Shown here in pieces: positions 40,379 through 42,886 of a stretch of 42,886 bases of DNA. Numbering within the stretch: position 1 is the first letter of the stretch; every line of letters begins with the position of its first letter. Source of the stretch: a virus. Below the pieces are notes generated by a model that did no database searches, was not told the DNA's origin, and saw only the letters and a list, made by a program, of their open reading frames with translations. The translations under genes were made by a program, and so were the position numbers. The stretch covers positions 1 to 42,886 of the IMG/VR virus record IMGVR_UViG_3300045988_122335. One strand, written 5' to 3'.

Positions 40379-40407
40379 ATTATATCACATATAAGTCATA
40401 AAGTCAA
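40379..40407 (-). promoter_or_regulatory. Promoter upstream of the replication gene
   Basis: The minus strand reads TTGACT-17 nt-TATAAT. Confidence 0.55.
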
Positions 40408-40616
40408 TATCTTTTACGCTTGGTTTTGCGGTTATATCGCTCCACAAAATCAATTTTCATTCCCCGGACATCGTTTTCGGATTTAACCTTGACTTTAATT
40501 TCGGCACACTTTTTGTCTCGCTCAAACTTCCAATTTTTATATATTGTGCAATATGTATGGCACGATGAGCTTCTGTCCATGCAGCCAAAACATGGAGCAT
40601 TATCATATAAAAGCAT
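40404..40616 (-). CDS. Cys-rich small basic protein
   Basis: The ATG at 40616 follows GAGGTGG. The track start is a GTG at 40625. Contains CFGC...C..YC. Confidence 0.5.
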   Translation of the reverse strand: MLLYDNAPCFGCMDRSSSCHTYCTIYKNWKFERDKKCAEIKVKVKSENDVRGMKIDFVERYNRKTKRKRY

Positions 40617-40737
40617 TATAACCACCTCGCAAACGCTCTCTAAATTGCCCTGTGAACGATTTTTAGTTTAAGATAAGTATTTTATAGCCCAAAGAATAAA
40701 AACCGTCACAGAGCCTAAAAGAATTAAGATTTTGGCA

Positions 40738-41178
40738 TTACCACGGCAAATCTCCCGAGCCGTCAAGTATGCTGTCTAACTCATTGCCCGAATTTTTAGC
40801 ACTTACACCCGCATTGTTGAGATTGTTTGAGATTGCATTGAGCGGGTCAGCCCGAACATCAACATTAGCCGATTTCTTGTTTTCGGCAAAATAGAAGTTA
40901 TTGACATTGACCTCATATGCCGTGCGGTTGTTGCCGTCTTTGTCTTGATACTTTCGGGTATACAATGAGCCGTCTACGGCAATAAGCTGCCCCTTTTTAA
41001 CATACTTGCTCATTACCTCTGCGCCTTTATTCCAAATCGTGCAAGGTATGAAATCTGTTGTATCTTCGCTATACTTACGGTCAACCGCGAGCGTGAAAGA
41101 ACATACAGATTTCCCGCTTGTTGTAGTTTTAAGCTCTAAATCACTGGTTGTGCGTCCTAACAACTGAATGTTATTCAT
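40738..41178 (-). CDS. ssb: Single-stranded DNA-binding protein
   Basis: OB-fold core is MNNIQLLGRTTSDLELKTT.SGKSVCSFTLAVDR...IWNKGAEVMSKYVKKGQLIAVDGSLYTRKY. The tail is flexible and ends in GDLPW. Confidence 0.85.
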   Translation of the reverse strand: MNNIQLLGRTTSDLELKTTTSGKSVCSFTLAVDRKYSEDTTDFIPCTIWNKGAEVMSKYVKKGQLIAVDGSLYTRKYQDKDGNNRTAYEVNVNNFYFAENKKSANVDVRADPLNAISNNLNNAGVSAKNSGNELDSILDGSGDLPW

Positions 41179-41191
41179 AATTTATCCCCCT

Positions 41192-41731
41192 TTATACACT
41201 TTCGTGTAATATATATTGGTTTAATACTGCCTTGCAAATAGACCATATCATCAGCCCCATTTCTTCCTTAGGCAAAAAGCAGATTTTCAAGCCATAGTTA
41301 GCCATTATAGTACACATAGTATTGTAAAAAGACTTTTCGTTATAATCATTACGATAGTTATGTGTGACTATATCGTGCCAACCACCGACCTGTTCCACTA
41401 ACAAAAACTTATTGTGAATATGCTGCATACGCTTTAGCTCATAGTGGAAAGCCTCGTTGTTGAGACTTCCCGCCAATTCTGTAAGGCTGTTTTTGCGTTC
41501 AATGGAAAGTTCGTCAGTGAAATATGTGTCTTTTTCAAAGCCTAAATCAAGGTTTTTCGGTATCATAAAGCAGTAATCTCCTGTTTTTAATGAACGGTCA
41601 ATGTACTTTATGCCATGTTTGTCAAAATAAGCCTTAATATGTTCGTTCTTTTGCTCGTTTGTAGTGCAGACAATAGTAAGACTTTTTACAAGCTCTTGCC
41701 ATTCTTTTTTGGTGTAATATGGTTTAATAAT
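41192..41731 (-). CDS. ERCC4/Mus81-type (XPF-family) nuclease, likely with a non-canonical start
   Basis: The frame is open upstream of the first ATG (41566) and encodes IKPYYTKKEWQELVKSLTIVCTTNEQKNEHIKAYFDKHGIKYIDRSLKTGDY. Together with ...SIERKNSLTEL this gives the GDY-ERK nuclease motif. The only start candidates are ATT at 41731 or 41728, after GGGGG. Confidence 0.55.
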   Translation of the reverse strand: MIKPYYTKKEWQELVKSLTIVCTTNEQKNEHIKAYFDKHGIKYIDRSLKTGDYCFMIPKNLDLGFEKDTYFTDELSIERKNSLTELAGSLNNEAFHYELKRMQHIHNKFLLVEQVGGWHDIVTHNYRNDYNEKSFYNTMCTIMANYGLKICFLPKEEMGLMIWSICKAVLNQYILHESV

Positions 41732-41739
41732 ATTACCCC

Positions 41740-42066
41740 CTAAATAAAATCGCTATCGTCACTGTCAAGGTCACTGGTTAATCCCTCAAAGTCCGCTGTC
41801 GGGCTTGCCCCTGTATTCCTCAATAAAGCTGATATGGAAAAATTATCATAATATTTATCCCCAACCTTATTTGTCTTAATATTGGCTGACTTTATTTCAA
41901 GTATTTCTACCATATCACCGACCTTGCACTTAAAATCGTGATTTTCAGCCCATATTGCAAGCTTTTTATTGCCCTCGGCTTTGAAAAAACACCAATCGCC
42001 TTTTGAGCCTGTGCCGGACCGTGTATCAGCCACGGTCAGTACTGCGCCCTTTTCTATTTTTGCCAT
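41740..42066 (-). CDS. Hypothetical OB-fold-like protein with acidic C-terminal tail
   Basis: 108 aa. The predicted beta-rich core and the tail DLDSDDSDFI are reminiscent of SSB C-terminal tips. Confidence 0.5.
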   Translation of the reverse strand: MAKIEKGAVLTVADTRSGTGSKGDWCFFKAEGNKKLAIWAENHDFKCKVGDMVEILEIKSANIKTNKVGDKYYDNFSISALLRNTGASPTADFEGLTSDLDSDDSDFI

Positions 42067-42069
42067 ATA

Positions 42070-42744
42070 TTATTGCTCCTTATTTAATTCGATTGTAACT
42101 GTTTGCGGGGTATCAGCTTGATTTGAATAATCAGTATATCCGTAAACATCTTGTATTTCATCTTGTGTTTGATAGCCATACAAAACTTCGGGGCAATATG
42201 CTCTTGCAAAAAAGCTGGCGGTTCTGTACCTCATCATCTGTTGCGGGTAAACTTGCCATTTTGAGCCTTTTTTATCATACCACCCCTCTTTTTTGGCAAG
42301 GTCTATTGATATGACTTCCGAAGTTAAAACCTCGTTATCGGATAACCTTGTGGCTTGCGCATAACAAGCCGTTTTTTCTTTGTTAAAAACAAACTTCAAA
42401 GGCGTGAATTTATGACAATTATTTATTGCCATAATAGCATACTGACCCGACCAACCAATTTGACCGTATACCGAATACATATTGTTGAGTATCATTGCCA
42501 AAGGCTGATTTGAGCGAATGGCAATATCCATAGCTACAAGTATATCTCCTGCTCTGCCCTTAAATCGTTCGGGTATGCTATTACCCTGTGCTAAATTATT
42601 TGCAAGTTTAAATTGGAATTTCATTTGTGCCGTATCGTTCCAAGCTAAACCGCAACTATCGGTTGTTGACATACCGAGACTTGAATTATCAACGGTATTT
42701 TCTTCGGAAATTTCCGAGGTTTCAATTATGTTTTCTTTTTCCAA
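42070..42744 (-). CDS. RecT/Redbeta-superfamily single-strand annealing protein
   Basis: 224 aa with a TTG start after AAAGGAG. The pattern GSKWQVYPQQMMRYRTASFFARAYCPEVLYGYQTQDEIQD parallels the W...P.RML..KA...AR conserved core of Bet/RecT. Confidence 0.6.
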   Translation of the reverse strand: MEKENIIETSEISEENTVDNSSLGMSTTDSCGLAWNDTAQMKFQFKLANNLAQGNSIPERFKGRAGDILVAMDIAIRSNQPLAMILNNMYSVYGQIGWSGQYAIMAINNCHKFTPLKFVFNKEKTACYAQATRLSDNEVLTSEVISIDLAKKEGWYDKKGSKWQVYPQQMMRYRTASFFARAYCPEVLYGYQTQDEIQDVYGYTDYSNQADTPQTVTIELNKEQ

Positions 42745-42767
42745 ATCTTAAATCTCCTTTATAAAAA

Positions 42768-42886
42768 ACTTTTTTTAATGGCATTTTGTTTAACTTATAT
42801 CTTTCCCAAATAGTACCCTCAATATAGTATTTTCTAATTGTTTAATAATATCCCCGCCGTAGGCATTTCGGGTTATGTCGATAAAT
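42768..42886. repeat. Terminal direct repeat, copy B (identical to 1..119)
   Basis: See copy A. It includes a duplicate of the 3' end of the 23..682 gene. Confidence 0.9.

Overview
The window is one complete tailed-phage (siphovirus-type) genome. The first 119 nt are repeated exactly as the last 119 nt, so the unique length is 42,767 bp and the molecule is closed circular or terminally redundant. Low GC, Shine-Dalgarno usage and sigma-A-type promoters point to a Firmicutes/Clostridia-like host (inference). Almost all genes are on the minus strand. Reading high to low coordinates, the structural and lysis block runs: terL (with a mini-intein in its P-loop), portal, scaffold, major capsid, connector proteins, major tail protein, tail chaperone with a -1 frameshift, tape measure, baseplate and fibres, then amidase endolysin, holin and an XhlA-like protein. 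A post-lysis cargo cluster follows (2918-6305). At 2725 an early operon starts with an AbrB-like gene that the ORF track missed. It wraps across the contig ends into a recombination, replication and DNA-modification region: PD-(D/E)XK exonuclease, RecT/Redbeta-like annealase, ERCC4 nuclease, SSB, replisome organiser, HNH, a split C5-methyltransferase, radical SAM, ASCH and a Lar-like protein. That region ends with a sigma-like HTH protein and a candidate small terminase at 31073-31705. About 5 kb of accessory DNA (26000-31072) lies between this candidate terS and terL. It holds a resolvase/invertase-type serine recombinase operon and the only plus-strand operon: a 5-ORF cassette with a motor-only FtsK/SpoIIIE ATPase, its own perfect promoter and terminator, bracketed by two collinear 12-bp inverted repeats. 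It also holds non-coding AT-rich and GC-rich DNA, a self-contained dATP/dGTP pyrophosphohydrolase-like gene, and two tandem promoter-terminator cassettes in front of terL. I saw no tRNA, rRNA, CRISPR array, tyrosine integrase or large serine integrase. All functional calls come from motifs read by eye in the translations; no database search was run.
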